63,516 bases of DNA. Origin: Vicugna vicugna (lineage: Eukaryota). Made by a program: the position numbers and the translations under genes. The stretch spans positions 1,522,728 to 1,586,243 of the forward strand of contig MU058252.1 of assembly GCA_013265495.1 (NCBI GenBank). The letters run 5' to 3'. Shown piece by piece: positions 62,959 through 63,516 of this stretch; position 1 is the stretch's first letter; each line of letters starts with the position of its first letter. Under the pieces are notes generated by a model. That model ran no database searches. It was not told where the DNA came from and was given only the letters and a program-made list of their open reading frames with translations.

Positions 62959-63516
62959 GTGAGTAACTGGGATGAGAGGGAATAGCCCTGCAAATTCCAG
63001 GCTGCTTAAATTTTAAACCCAAGATACTCTTCCCTGGGGAGTCTTTAATTCCCGCCAAAGCTCTTTGTGTGAGTTGGAGTGCTTTTCGGGCAAATAACAG
63101 AAGGCTCAACCAAAATGTCCAAAACCATAAAGGGCTTATTATCTCACGAAACAGGCATGCCAGCGTTGGGCCGCTCAGGGCTGGTTATTTCAGCATCTTG
63201 GAGACGGCGGCGAGAACCCAGCCTAATGCACGCGTTTGGGCTCTGGTGCTGGTTCCCCTTAGGCCCCAGGGTGGCCGCCCAAGTTCCGGTACCGCCTCTT
63301 GGTGTATTTGTGTTTGGAGTTTAAATTAAGACTCCCTTCCTCAGAAACTTCCAGACAGATTGGCCCTGTCCGCCCGCGCCCAGCGTGGGCCCTAGCCAGG
63401 GGAACGGAATTACCTCAGTACGTTTAGATGGGTCAGGATTCTCTCCGGGAGCTGGTGAGGGGCCCGCGTCTCATCACCTGGCCCCAGGAGGGTAAGTGAG
63501 CTGAGTTATGGGCCCT

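Overview
This is mammalian genomic DNA, most likely from a camelid (alpaca, llama or camel). That call rests on about 13 tRNA-Ala(AGC)-derived SINEs matching the camelid Vic-1 family. Positions ~1-31.7 kb are repeat-rich intergenic DNA. A CpG-island promoter (~31.73-32.41 kb) heads ACTR3B (Arp3-beta, Arp2/3 complex) on the + strand. Coding exons 1-4 (31995-32038, 49642-49697, 62016-62140, 62848-62958) splice in frame through GT-AG introns to give residues 1-112, and the gene continues past the window. The rest is L1, L2, MIR, MaLR/ERV LTR, hAT and Tigger fossils plus microsatellites. Apart from ACTR3B exon 1, no ORF-track ORF looks like a real gene. I see no new biological system. The best second-look items are a CTCF site with an upstream motif, a His at a normally Tyr position (109) in Arp3B, an orphan CpG cluster with splice donors, and several atypical retrotransposition structures. 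Repeat family names come from recall of consensus sequences, not a database search, and most repeat boundaries are approximate.
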